Source: Candidatus Nomurabacteria bacterium (GTDB taxonomy: Bacteria; Patescibacteriota; Minisyncoccia; Phycocordibacterales; UBA9973). From it: DNA of 64,000 nucleotides. Positions 9,586-18,678 of the stretch are shown in pieces; the stretch's first letter is position 1; each line of letters opens with the position of its first letter. Under the pieces are notes generated by a model, which saw only the letters and a list, made by a program, of their open reading frames with translations, searched no databases and was not told the origin of the DNA. The position numbers and the translations under genes were made by a program. The DNA is taken from contig JAHFNO010000006.1 of NCBI GenBank assembly GCA_023267275.1, positions 9,519 through 73,518 on the forward strand, written 5' to 3'.

Positions 9586-11328
9586 ATGAATAAAAAAATA
9601 TTTATTTTTCTTTTTGTTATACTTTCTTTTTTTGTAAAAATCCCATTTACATCTGCGGGTTTGCAACCATTCCCCAGCCCAACAATAAAAATTGTCTCTC
9701 TGGGTGGAGAAAACTATTCGATCGAGTTAACTTTTACAATGGATTCAGTAACATTAGAATCCATTAAAGACAGTCCGTTCCGTGTATCCCTAGCTCATAA
9801 AAATAGCAAGAAGGGTGCTACTGTATCAGATTCAGATACAATGGAAACATGTGCAAGAGAAGGCTCAACTTCTTTATATACATGCCCAATACAAAACTTA
9901 AAAAATGGGGATACTGAGGTTTTTCAGGTTGGAATAAATAAAAATACAGCTTTGGGTGTTTCCTGGTCTCCTTTATACCAACCAGCAACAACAACAATAA
10001 ATGAACCAGTCTCAACACCTTCATTCACCCTTCAAGGAAAACCTGTGGTAAGTGGAATGACTGCAACTGCTACAGTAAACGCCTCAAACCTTCCAGCTCA
10101 AGGCGGAATATATTACCTTGAATTAGGAGATGCGATGTCAAAATCAGGTGCAAGCAACTACACATGTACAATGAATTCAGGTTTACGTTCACCAGAAATA
10201 CCTGCTGGACATGGAAATCCAAATACCATCAGTTACACATTCACATTGCCACTTCCCGGTGGGTACTGTGTTGGATTGTTACAAAAAAATCTTAATGGGA
10301 GTGTGCGAACCCCCGATGGTGTTCCTGAATATTTTCCTGACTCATTATTTTTTACAGACGGGGTCACTCCACCTCCTGGAGCAACACTTAGTGGAACAGC
10401 AAATAAACTTGGTTGTGTAGCTGGAGACGGCAATAGTGGATACTGTTTACTCGCACCGCTTCCTGGAATTGGAGACCCGAATACTGGATATATCGATGTT
10501 ACCAAAGGCATGGGTAACTATATCAACATGATTATCCGTCTTGTACTTGGTCTCATTGGTGTGCTTGCAGTATTTATGATTATTGTTGGTGGTATCGAAT
10601 ACATGTCGACGGTTTCGCTCGGAGAAAAAGAGGGTGCAAGAACCCGTATTACCAACGCACTATTTGGACTTCTCCTTGCTCTTGCTTCATATATTCTCTT
10701 AAATACAATCAATCCTAACCTTGTAAGTCTGAAAGTGGCTATTCCAAATGCAACTATTGAATATGCCTCAGATGAAGGAAATGAAACAAGCGATATAACC
10801 CCTCCAACTCCAAACATTTCTGGTATTCAAGTTTTCCCAAGCGACACAGCGCAAAATCTGGCAAAACAAATACTGAAAACGCCGGCAATTACCTACCGCA
10901 CACTTCAAGATGAAGCTACAGCAACACCAAAACAAAATATTGAAGATACTGCAGCTGGCAATTCTGCTATGACAAGTAGTAGAGGAGATGTGGGAGCTCA
11001 AAAGGTTGCGTTGGCTGCTCCAATGCTTACTGGATTACTCACAGCTGCAAAATTCTCTTCAATAGAAATTACTGAGATCACTGGGGGAAAACATAGCCCT
11101 GGATCAGCACATTATTTTGGTAGAGCGTTTGATGTTACTGCATCAAAAAATGACACTTCGAGAAATATACAAGTGATGAATGCTTGTCTTGCCGCAAAAG
11201 CAAAAATGAGTCAAATATTTGGACCCTGTTCAGGCTCTTACCGAAGCGATGGAAAATTTACAATATGTGCCGATACAGGGTATCTCACAAACAAAGACCA
11301 TCAAACACATATTCACTGTGGCTGGTAG
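9586..11328 (+). CDS. Pilin-domain (VirB2/TrbC-like) protein with C-terminal M15-type Zn peptidase
   Basis: Central two-TM pilin motif (YINMIIRLVLGLIGVLAVFMIIVGGIEYM...ALFGLLLALASYILLNTINP); C-terminal SAHYFGRAFD (H-x6-D) and HIH. Confidence 0.7.
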   Translation: MNKKIFIFLFVILSFFVKIPFTSAGLQPFPSPTIKIVSLGGENYSIELTFTMDSVTLESIKDSPFRVSLAHKNSKKGATVSDSDTMETCAREGSTSLYTCPIQNLKNGDTEVFQVGINKNTALGVSWSPLYQPATTTINEPVSTPSFTLQGKPVVSGMTATATVNASNLPAQGGIYYLELGDAMSKSGASNYTCTMNSGLRSPEIPAGHGNPNTISYTFTLPLPGGYCVGLLQKNLNGSVRTPDGVPEYFPDSLFFTDGVTPPPGATLSGTANKLGCVAGDGNSGYCLLAPLPGIGDPNTGYIDVTKGMGNYINMIIRLVLGLIGVLAVFMIIVGGIEYMSTVSLGEKEGARTRITNALFGLLLALASYILLNTINPNLVSLKVAIPNATIEYASDEGNETSDITPPTPNISGIQVFPSDTAQNLAKQILKTPAITYRTLQDEATATPKQNIEDTAAGNSAMTSSRGDVGAQKVALAAPMLTGLLTAAKFSSIEITEITGGKHSPGSAHYFGRAFDVTASKNDTSRNIQVMNACLAAKAKMSQIFGPCSGSYRSDGKFTICADTGYLTNKDHQTHIHCGW

Positions 11329-11412
11329 CTCTCGGTTGAATTGAGTCACCCTTTATACTTTATACTTGAGCTTTGCATAAGTGTCCCCTTATACTTTATA
11401 CTTGATTTACCC

Positions 11413-12687
11413 ATGTCTCGAAAAACAATTCTTATTCTCATTGCAATTCTCCTCGTCGCACTCGGTGTGTGGTTCTATTTTTCGAGCGGAACTCCTTCAG
11501 GAACAAATTCTTCTGGAACACAAAAAAGTCTTTTGAGTTCTCTTTTTCCTTTTGGCGCGGGGACCAACAATCAACAGAACATAAAAACACAAGAACAAGG
11601 AACAACAAATCCAACTGAAGAGACTCAGAGCTCGAATACTCCAGATAAACTCATTCAAATATCAAATCGATTGGTTGCTGGTTTTATTCCACTTGTCACA
11701 GACACTACACCCATCATTAAACACGACATTGGTGGCGGACCAGAGTCACAGATTACTCAAAGTATTTTCCCAACAGTTCGTTTTGCCGAAAAAGGCACGG
11801 GGTACATTTACGATATTGATGTAAAAGGACAGAACGAAAAAAAGATTTCTGAAACAGTGATCGCTCGAACAGCAGAAGCTCTTTTTGCAAACGGTGGTGT
11901 CAACGTATTGCTCCGCTATATTAAAACCGACAATACAACTATTGCCTCATTCCTCGGCACTGTTACAGCACCAGCAAATACCAATGCGGTCGGCACACTT
12001 ACTGGAAATTTCCTTGAGGAAAATATTCCGACTGTCACAACATCACCTGACAAAAAGAATTTTCTCTTTTTAATACCAACAAACACGGGTATCGCTGGTA
12101 TCAGTATGAAAGGCGATGGAAGCGGTAAGAAGCAATTGTTTACGAGTTCTTTCTCTGAATGGCTCCTCGATTGGGGAACGAGCCCAATGCTTACCAGCAA
12201 GGCTTCTAGCACTGTTCCTGGCTATGCATACACTGTACTTGCCGGTGGATCACTGCAAAAAGTACTGGGCAATATAGATGGCCTTACTACAAAGATTAGT
12301 CCGGATGGAAAGACACTACTCTATAGCGTTTCTGGTGGAGGAAGTCTCAATTTACACATCCTAACGCTAAAAACCGGAGTTGATACAAATACCGGTCTTA
12401 CAACACTTCCGGAAAAATGTACTTGGAATACAACGAGTACTGTCGTTTATTGCGGAGTAGGTACGGCAATAGTATCAGCAGAATATCCTGACTCATGGTA
12501 CAAAGGTGTCACTCATTTCACAGATTCATTTTGGAAAATAGACACAACCACAAAAACCACGACGGAAATAAATACGGGGGAGGGAAACAATCTTGATGTA
12601 ATAAATCCAAGCATCGACCCAACTAGTCAATATCTTATTTTCATAAACAAAACAAACGGTAGTCTTTGGTCTTTACAACTCAATTAA
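11413..12687 (+). CDS. Membrane-anchored beta-propeller (TolB/WD40-like) protein
   Basis: N-terminal TM, SPDKK/SPDGK blade motifs; start moved to ATG 11413 (MSRKTILIL). Confidence 0.75.
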   Translation: MSRKTILILIAILLVALGVWFYFSSGTPSGTNSSGTQKSLLSSLFPFGAGTNNQQNIKTQEQGTTNPTEETQSSNTPDKLIQISNRLVAGFIPLVTDTTPIIKHDIGGGPESQITQSIFPTVRFAEKGTGYIYDIDVKGQNEKKISETVIARTAEALFANGGVNVLLRYIKTDNTTIASFLGTVTAPANTNAVGTLTGNFLEENIPTVTTSPDKKNFLFLIPTNTGIAGISMKGDGSGKKQLFTSSFSEWLLDWGTSPMLTSKASSTVPGYAYTVLAGGSLQKVLGNIDGLTTKISPDGKTLLYSVSGGGSLNLHILTLKTGVDTNTGLTTLPEKCTWNTTSTVVYCGVGTAIVSAEYPDSWYKGVTHFTDSFWKIDTTTKTTTEINTGEGNNLDVINPSIDPTSQYLIFINKTNGSLWSLQLN

Positions 12688-12703
12688 TCACAAGAGCAAG
12701 AGA

Positions 12704-12857
12704 ACAATGAATTACCCCGAGCTTACGCTCGGGGTATCTTATATAGAAATACAGCAAAGCTGTATTTCCTTGTGTCCAGAGAGCCCAGGACACAAGAACT
12801 CGCTGCATCACGCGACCTTACGGTCGCGGTATTGGGTGGAAGCCCAGCGTAATAAAA
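12704..12857. mobile_element. 154-bp multi-hairpin element, copy 1 (MITE/REP-like)
   Basis: Identical to 28866-29019; contains 4-5 palindromes. Confidence 0.75.
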
Positions 12858-12860
12858 CAA

Positions 12861-12893
12861 AAATCAAAACCGCGCCTGGCGCGGTTTTGATTT
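12861..12893. terminator. Bidirectional terminator hairpin
   Basis: aaatcaaaaccgcgc-ctg-gcgcggttttgattt between convergent genes. Confidence 0.8.
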
Positions 12894-12924
12894 AGTGTGT
12901 TTATGATTTCTTGTTCTGGTGTTT

Positions 12925-13398
12925 TTATGTTCTTGTGTCTCGATATCGAATAACAATGTGTCGTTTCATTCCATCACCCGCTGATTCGGTGTACACATCA
13001 GGGACTTCTCCGAGGAACTCGTGAATGATGCGGCGTTCGTGTGGAGGCATTGGGTCGAGATCAACACTTGATTTAAAATACCGTGCGCGTTCTGCCATCA
13101 TGTGTGCGATGGTTTTTAAATTGTCGATTTTCTTTTTCTCAACATTATTTGCATCAATCACCACACGTGGTCGAACTGTTTCTTCACGCATGATTTGTTC
13201 AACAACTTTTGTTGCCAAGTGATTGAGTGCAGTGAGTGCTTCACCATCACGATTTGAAAGAAGGCGAGTGTGCGGGGAAGTAATAGAAAACCAAATAGTA
13301 TTCATTTTCTCATCATACGAAACAGTAACATCAGCCTCAGTAAAACCGAGTTGAGCAAGCATGCCTTTTATATATGTATGTATTTGGTCGTGTTTCAT
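12925..13398 (-). CDS. jag: Jag/KhpB-type KH-R3H RNA-binding protein
   Basis: DGEALTALNHL (KH), PMPPHERRIIHEFL...TESAGDG (R3H); canonical position after yidC. Confidence 0.85.
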   Translation of the reverse strand: MKHDQIHTYIKGMLAQLGFTEADVTVSYDEKMNTIWFSITSPHTRLLSNRDGEALTALNHLATKVVEQIMREETVRPRVVIDANNVEKKKIDNLKTIAHMMAERARYFKSSVDLDPMPPHERRIIHEFLGEVPDVYTESAGDGMKRHIVIRYRDTRT

Positions 13399-13471
13399 AG
13401 CGTATATCTCAAATCCTATATTTTGTATCAATTAGAGGAAAGCCCGCCGATAGGCGGGCTTTTAAGAAAGA

Positions 13472-14200
13472 TTAAGCTTGTTTCTTCGCCTTCATCTTGC
13501 TTCGTGTGTAGAGCTCCTGACCTATAGTAAAGATATTACTCGTAATCCAATAAAGCGCAACTGCTGAAGGAAAAAGGAAGTAAGAGAGTCCGGCAGTCAT
13601 AATAGGGAGTCCATAAATCATTTGTACCTGCATATTCTTGGCAAATTCGGCTTGCATACCAGTACCTGTTGGCTTTGCCTGACGACTCTGCATAAGTTTT
13701 GCTTGTACAAACTGTGTTACTCCAACCAAAACAGCAAATACAATACTGTGCTTCACCGAAAGATCGATAAATCCCAAGAAGTGGAGATTGATGAGTGCTG
13801 GCTGGTGTACAAATGAATAGAGTGTCGCTGGTTGAACAATAGTAAGGATTCCAAGAAAGGCTCGATAGAGAGCAATGAGTACCACAGCCTGGATCAAGAG
13901 TGGCATACAACTTGAAAACGGACTGATATTCTTTTCTTTATACAGTGCGAAAATTTGTTTGTTCTGTTCGGTTTTATCAGTAACTTTTTCTTTGATAGCA
14001 GCAACTTCATCTTGCACACTAGTCATTTTGATCTGGCCTTCGATTGCATGCTGGTTGAGCGGGAAGAGGGCGAGTTTGATAATAATTGTAAGAATAATAA
14101 CCGCAAGACCAAGGTCTCCGTGTGGCAAAATACCAATACCAAAGATCAGTGCATTGTAAAAAGGCTGATAAAAAACAGCGGTCCAAAAAGTGTGTAACAT
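13472..14200 (-). CDS. yidC: YidC/Oxa1 membrane protein insertase
   Basis: GLAVIILTIIIKLALFPL, LYKEKNISPFSSCMPLLIQ, PSAVALYWITSNIF. Confidence 0.95.
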   Translation of the reverse strand: MLHTFWTAVFYQPFYNALIFGIGILPHGDLGLAVIILTIIIKLALFPLNQHAIEGQIKMTSVQDEVAAIKEKVTDKTEQNKQIFALYKEKNISPFSSCMPLLIQAVVLIALYRAFLGILTIVQPATLYSFVHQPALINLHFLGFIDLSVKHSIVFAVLVGVTQFVQAKLMQSRQAKPTGTGMQAEFAKNMQVQMIYGLPIMTAGLSYFLFPSAVALYWITSNIFTIGQELYTRSKMKAKKQA

Positions 14201-14310
14201 TGGGTCATTATATCACTAGAGCACGAGAACATGAAAACAAATAAAACCACGCCAGGCGCGGTTTTATTATATCGTGTTTTTATGATTTTTTGTTCTGGTG
14301 TTCTTGTGGT

Positions 14311-14592
14311 TCATGGAACCAGGTCTACACCTGGTGTATTGCGTGGATTACAACGAAGAAGTCGTTTTGATCCTAGATAAACACCTTTGATGGTGCCGTG
14401 TTTTTCAATAGCTTGCTTCATATATTCAGAGCATGTCGGGTAGTACATACACACCTTCCGATTAAGACCAAAAAATCGTGGAATACGTCCGGTGTCAAAA
14501 GACAAGAACTTTTGGTAAAAGATAATCAAAAATATAAAGGGTTTCTTAGAAATTGTGGTCACTGTTTTTATGATCTTTTGTTTATTGTTCAT
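14311..14592 (-). CDS. yidD: Membrane protein insertion efficiency factor
   Basis: CMYYPTCSEY...AIEKHG...RLLRCNP...GVDLVP. Confidence 0.93.
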   Translation of the reverse strand: MNNKQKIIKTVTTISKKPFIFLIIFYQKFLSFDTGRIPRFFGLNRKVCMYYPTCSEYMKQAIEKHGTIKGVYLGSKRLLRCNPRNTPGVDLVP

Positions 14593-14935
14593 TGACTCTA
14601 TATATTCGCGCTTGAATAAACGCTTTTTTGAGTTCTTCCCGCATTTCAGGAATGGTTGTCTTGATATCTGGGTTTGTATAAGAAACGAGGGCTACGGCAG
14701 TTGGGGAAAGAAAGGGGATAAGTGGTCGCACAGCATCATACCCTCGTCGGCGAAGCTTATTTCGAAGCACAGCTTTTGGTGCAATCTTCTTTGAGGCGCT
14801 GAAGGATACTTGGGGAGCTGTATGGGAAGGAATTTGTGTATACAAAACAAGAAAGCGCGAAGTTTTTAACCTTCGGCCCTTGAGAAGATGCTTTTCTATC
14901 GTTTGCTTCGTAATACGCGATCTCTTTGGAAGCAT
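14582..14935 (-). CDS. rnpA: Ribonuclease P protein component
   Basis: SKKIAPKAVLRNKLRR (RNR motif); between rpmH and yidD. Confidence 0.92.
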   Translation of the reverse strand: MLPKRSRITKQTIEKHLLKGRRLKTSRFLVLYTQIPSHTAPQVSFSASKKIAPKAVLRNKLRRRGYDAVRPLIPFLSPTAVALVSYTNPDIKTTIPEMREELKKAFIQARIYRVNEQ

Positions 14936-14994
14936 GTAATGAATTTCTAAATCCTAATGTCTAATTTCTAAAAAAGACCTAGGTATAAAGAAAA

Positions 14995-15129
14995 TTAGAG
15001 TGCGATTTTAGCGCGACCTTTCTGGCGTCTCTTTGCCAAGACTTTTCGTCCGGAAGTAGATTTTGAGCGAACGAGGAAACCGTGGGTTTTTGCTCGTTTT
15101 CTCTTTTTTGGCTGGTAGGTAAATGACAT
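14995..15129 (-). CDS. rpmH: 50S ribosomal protein L34
   Basis: [39 protein letters not shown]; true start ATG at 15129. Confidence 0.97.
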   Translation of the reverse strand: MSFTYQPKKRKRAKTHGFLVRSKSTSGRKVLAKRRQKGRAKIAL

Positions 15130-15326
15130 AGAGCCAATATAGCACAAGAACATAAAAACACAAGAACAATAAAACAAAAAATATGAAAACCTGACTTATA
15201 GCTATAGGGTGTGTGTTGGTGGTCTAATGTTCCTTTGTTCTTGTGATTATGGTTCTTGTGATCTTGTAATTTAGTGTTCTATTGAATTTTTTGTTTTCAT
15301 GTTCATTTGTTCTTGTGTTATATTGG

Positions 15327-15346
15327 TTACCCACAGGTTATCAACA
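15327..15346 (+). promoter_or_regulatory. Two DnaA boxes upstream of dnaA
   Basis: TTACCCACA (15327-15335) and TTATCAACA (15338-15346), each 1 mismatch from TTATCCACA. Confidence 0.7.
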
Positions 15347-15538
15347 GAGATATGCATCGATATTTCTACTCAAAAAAACCTCGGCCTATATAATCGAACT
15401 TATGGATCCCGTAGTAGAAAATGACATTAAAGAAGCGGGACTGTAAGAGTGTGGTAAACATAAAAAGAAAACCGTTACTAGTATTAATTTAGAAAATGGG
15501 TCGCTTCTTTAAGAAGCAATGTCATTTCTCACTACGGG

Positions 15539-16900
15539 ATGGATACAAAAGAACTCTGGGACCACTGTTTAGTCGAGATTGAAAGTGAAGTTTCAAAGGC
15601 TAATTTCAGTACTTGGTTTAAAAACACTTCATTAGTAAAAGAAGATGCCGGAACGGTGTTTGTTGGTGTGCCAAATGAATTCGTCAAAGACTGGCTTTCA
15701 AACAAATTCCACAAACTCATCATGCGCGTACTCCGAAACGCATGGGAACACACTCGCAATGTTGAATACATGGTAGTAAAAGGCGATCCAAAGTCGCACA
15801 AAATTGAAGTTTCAAGCCAATTGAAGCCAGATTTTGCTATCAGCCAAGAACTTCCTCTCAAAGACCTCTATGTAAACAAGGATGACAACCTCAATCCTCG
15901 TTATACGTTCGATACATTCATCGTTGGACCATTCAACGAGCTCGCATATGCTGCCACACAAGCTGCAGTGGCTCGTCCAGGTAAGCAATACAACCCGCTT
16001 TTCATCTATGGATCGTCTGGTCTTGGAAAAACCCACCTCATTCAAGCAGTAGGGAATGCTATCAAGGAAAAATATCCAGAAAAAAAGGTGTACTACATCA
16101 CGCAGGAAAAATTTACGGTTGATTACATCAACTCAGTACAATCAAACCGTGGTGCTGGAAATACTTTTAAGGAAAAATATCGTAAGTATGATGCGATTAT
16201 TATTGACGACGTACAACTTGTAGGAAAAGCGGAAAAAACCCAAGAAGAATTATTCCATTTATTCAACAGCTATCACGAAGCAGGGAAGCAGATTGTCTTT
16301 TCTTCTGATAAACACCCAAACTTTATTCCGGGATTGGAAGATCGTATGCGCACTCGTTTTGCGCAGGGTATGATAGTGGATATTACCGAGCCTGAATATG
16401 AGTCTCGTCTCGCAATTTTACGTTCAAAAGTACAAGAACTTGGACTCAACCTTCCAGATGAGCTTATGGAATACATTGCAAGCGCTATTGCCGGTAATGT
16501 GCGTGAGCTCGAGGGTAGTTTGAATGCAATCGTGCTTCAATCTCAACTCAAAGGACGTTTTCCAACACTCCTTGAAACAAAAAACCTTCTAAAAAATAGT
16601 ATCAAACAAAAGAAAACCGCTTCCGTAAAAGAAGTAGTGAAGACGATTGCTGACTTTTATAATGTAGAAGAGGCTTCTATTTACGAAAAGACTCGCCGAA
16701 AGGAGATTGTGAAGGTTCGCCAAATCGTGATGTTTATTCTCCGTGAAGATTTTAGTGTGTCATATCCACTTATTGGACAAAAACTCGGGGGAAAAGATCA
16801 CACCACTGTTATCCATTCATGCTTAAAAATAAAGAACGATATGAAAAACGACATGCTTATTGCTCAAGAATTAGATCAAATACGGGCATTGTTCAAATAA
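15539..16900 (+). CDS. dnaA: Chromosomal replication initiator DnaA
   Basis: LNPRYTFDTF, YNPLFIYGSSGLGKTHL, QEELFHLFN, NVRELEG, GGKDHTTVIH. Confidence 0.99.
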   Translation: MDTKELWDHCLVEIESEVSKANFSTWFKNTSLVKEDAGTVFVGVPNEFVKDWLSNKFHKLIMRVLRNAWEHTRNVEYMVVKGDPKSHKIEVSSQLKPDFAISQELPLKDLYVNKDDNLNPRYTFDTFIVGPFNELAYAATQAAVARPGKQYNPLFIYGSSGLGKTHLIQAVGNAIKEKYPEKKVYYITQEKFTVDYINSVQSNRGAGNTFKEKYRKYDAIIIDDVQLVGKAEKTQEELFHLFNSYHEAGKQIVFSSDKHPNFIPGLEDRMRTRFAQGMIVDITEPEYESRLAILRSKVQELGLNLPDELMEYIASAIAGNVRELEGSLNAIVLQSQLKGRFPTLLETKNLLKNSIKQKKTASVKEVVKTIADFYNVEEASIYEKTRRKEIVKVRQIVMFILREDFSVSYPLIGQKLGGKDHTTVIHSCLKIKNDMKNDMLIAQELDQIRALFK

Positions 16901-17124
16901 TTGAAGGTTTTGGGTAAAGGTCTGTGGAAAAAGGGTGTGAATATGTGGAATGAATGTGAATAAAAAGAGTGATTTAAAACAAGAAAAAATAGGTGTGTGT
17001 ATAAGATTCTCATTATCAACAGTTGTATAAAAGAAAAAATACAGATTATAGGTTTACAATATAAAGGTATTTCAATCTTATACACATTTCCACAGGGTTA
17101 ATAGTAATAGTAATTTATATATAT
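16901..17124. other. Replication origin oriC (dnaA-dnaN intergenic)
   Basis: Cluster of DnaA-box-like 9-mers (TGTGGAAAA, TGTGAATAA, TGTGTATAA, TTATCAACA, TTATACACA, TTTCCACA), then TTA ATA GTA ATA GTA trinucleotide repeats and an AT run. Confidence 0.85.
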
Positions 17125-18222
17125 ATGATATTCGAAACTACTGTTGAAAAACTCATAACTATAATTGAAAATGCAGATCGTGTGACAGCACGAAATGCAT
17201 CACTCCCAGCACTAAGTACAATTCTTATGATTGTTTCCGGGAGTTCTCTAAAAGTACGAGCAACAAATCTTTCTCTTGGAGTTGAATTTGAAATACCAGT
17301 AAAAAAAGAAAAGGATGGTGTGATTGCACTCGACGGAAAAACACTCTATTCATTTTTAAGTACTCTTCCAAAAAACGAGAAAATAAAAATAGCACACAAT
17401 GAATCAACCCTCACTCTCACCACAGATCACAATCGCACTACAATCAAAACTCACCCATACGAAGATTTTCCTACACTCCCTTCTGTTTCAGGTACTCAAA
17501 TTCAAATACCACAGAAAGAATTTATTCGCGGTATAAAAAACACTTACTTTGCATCCGCTGTTTCTGATATCAAACCCGAGATTGCAAGTGTATTTATGTG
17601 TGCTGAAAAAAACACACTATTTTTTGTGGCTACAGACTCATTCCGTCTTGCTGAAAAGAAAGAAACAATCAAAAAAGCCGTAGAATTTTCTCCGATTCTC
17701 ATTCCATATAAAAACATTATTGAAATTGCTCGTATTCTTGAAAATAAAACAGAAGAAATAACACTTTCTATTAATGAAAATCAAATCGCAATAACGATTC
17801 CAGGAATATATATCACCTCACGACTTACTTCTGGAAGTTTTCCAGATTATAAGCAGATTATCCCCAAGGAATTTCTTACTGAAGTCGTAGTGTTGAAACA
17901 AGATTTACTTACTACACTCAAAACCGCAAACATTTTCTCAGATAAATTTAATCAAATTACGTTTTCTATTACGCCTTCCAAGAAAAAGTTTGAATGTGTA
18001 TCAAAAAATTCTGATGTTGGTGAATATTCTGGAGTAATCGACGCAACCCTCTCCGGAGATGATGTCTCAATCGCTCTCAATCAACGCTATTTGATTGAAT
18101 GTCTCTCATTCATCCCTCAAGACAGTATTACAATTGGACTCAATGGTGGCAGCAAGGCGGTCGTTATACGCGGTGTAGGAGATTCTTCATTCACATACCT
18201 CCTTATGCCGATGAATAGGTAA
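17125..18222 (+). CDS. dnaN: DNA polymerase III beta clamp
   Basis: ATNLSLG, EDFPTLP, VATDSFRLA, SRLTSGSFPDYKQIIP, YLLMPM. Confidence 0.98.
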   Translation: MIFETTVEKLITIIENADRVTARNASLPALSTILMIVSGSSLKVRATNLSLGVEFEIPVKKEKDGVIALDGKTLYSFLSTLPKNEKIKIAHNESTLTLTTDHNRTTIKTHPYEDFPTLPSVSGTQIQIPQKEFIRGIKNTYFASAVSDIKPEIASVFMCAEKNTLFFVATDSFRLAEKKETIKKAVEFSPILIPYKNIIEIARILENKTEEITLSINENQIAITIPGIYITSRLTSGSFPDYKQIIPKEFLTEVVVLKQDLLTTLKTANIFSDKFNQITFSITPSKKKFECVSKNSDVGEYSGVIDATLSGDDVSIALNQRYLIECLSFIPQDSITIGLNGGSKAVVIRGVGDSSFTYLLMPMNR

Positions 18223-18319
18223 ACCCAGGTGTTGGGTGTTTGGTTTTAGGTGTTAGAAAAATACAAATCAATTTTAAGATGATTTACTATTCCCTTAATC
18301 CTAATCCCTTTTCCCTACA

Positions 18320-18580
18320 ATGAAACAACTTAGCGAATTTTTAGAGCGATTTATAAAACTCGCACAATCAAGCGATGATGCAAAACAAGCAATCATTGAT
18401 GCCTTACAACAATCAGGTGTTCGGGTAAATGGGGGATTAGAAAGTGTTGTGATTCGCGGGACGATAGCCACACTTAAACTAAGTCCAATTCAAAAAAGCG
18501 AAGTGTCACTCCGACAAGCAAAAATTATTGCGCTCCTAAAAGAAAATCCCTTAACCAAACACCTCACAGTAGTGAGGTGA
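18320..18580 (+). CDS. Small protein, possibly DciA/DUF721-like
   Basis: 86 aa after dnaN; VVIRGTIATLKLSPIQKSEVSLRQAKIIALLKE resembles the DUF721 strand-strand-helix pattern. Confidence 0.5.
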   Translation: MKQLSEFLERFIKLAQSSDDAKQAIIDALQQSGVRVNGGLESVVIRGTIATLKLSPIQKSEVSLRQAKIIALLKENPLTKHLTVVR

Positions 18581-18600
18581 ACAAAAGAACAATAATTAAA

Positions 18601-18631
18601 AAAGCACCGCGGGCGAAGCCCGCGGTGCTTT
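18601..18631. terminator. Bidirectional terminator hairpin
   Basis: aaagcaccgcgggc-gaa-gcccgcggtgcttt between convergent genes. Confidence 0.8.
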
Positions 18632-18678
18632 TGTTCTTGTGTTCATTGTTTTTATGTTCTTCTGAAGATATAAATATT

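Noticed and set aside
12707-12895. 62-aa ORF MNYPELTLG..., also at 28869
   Set aside because: It is the translation of the 154-bp palindromic repeat; no independent coding evidence.
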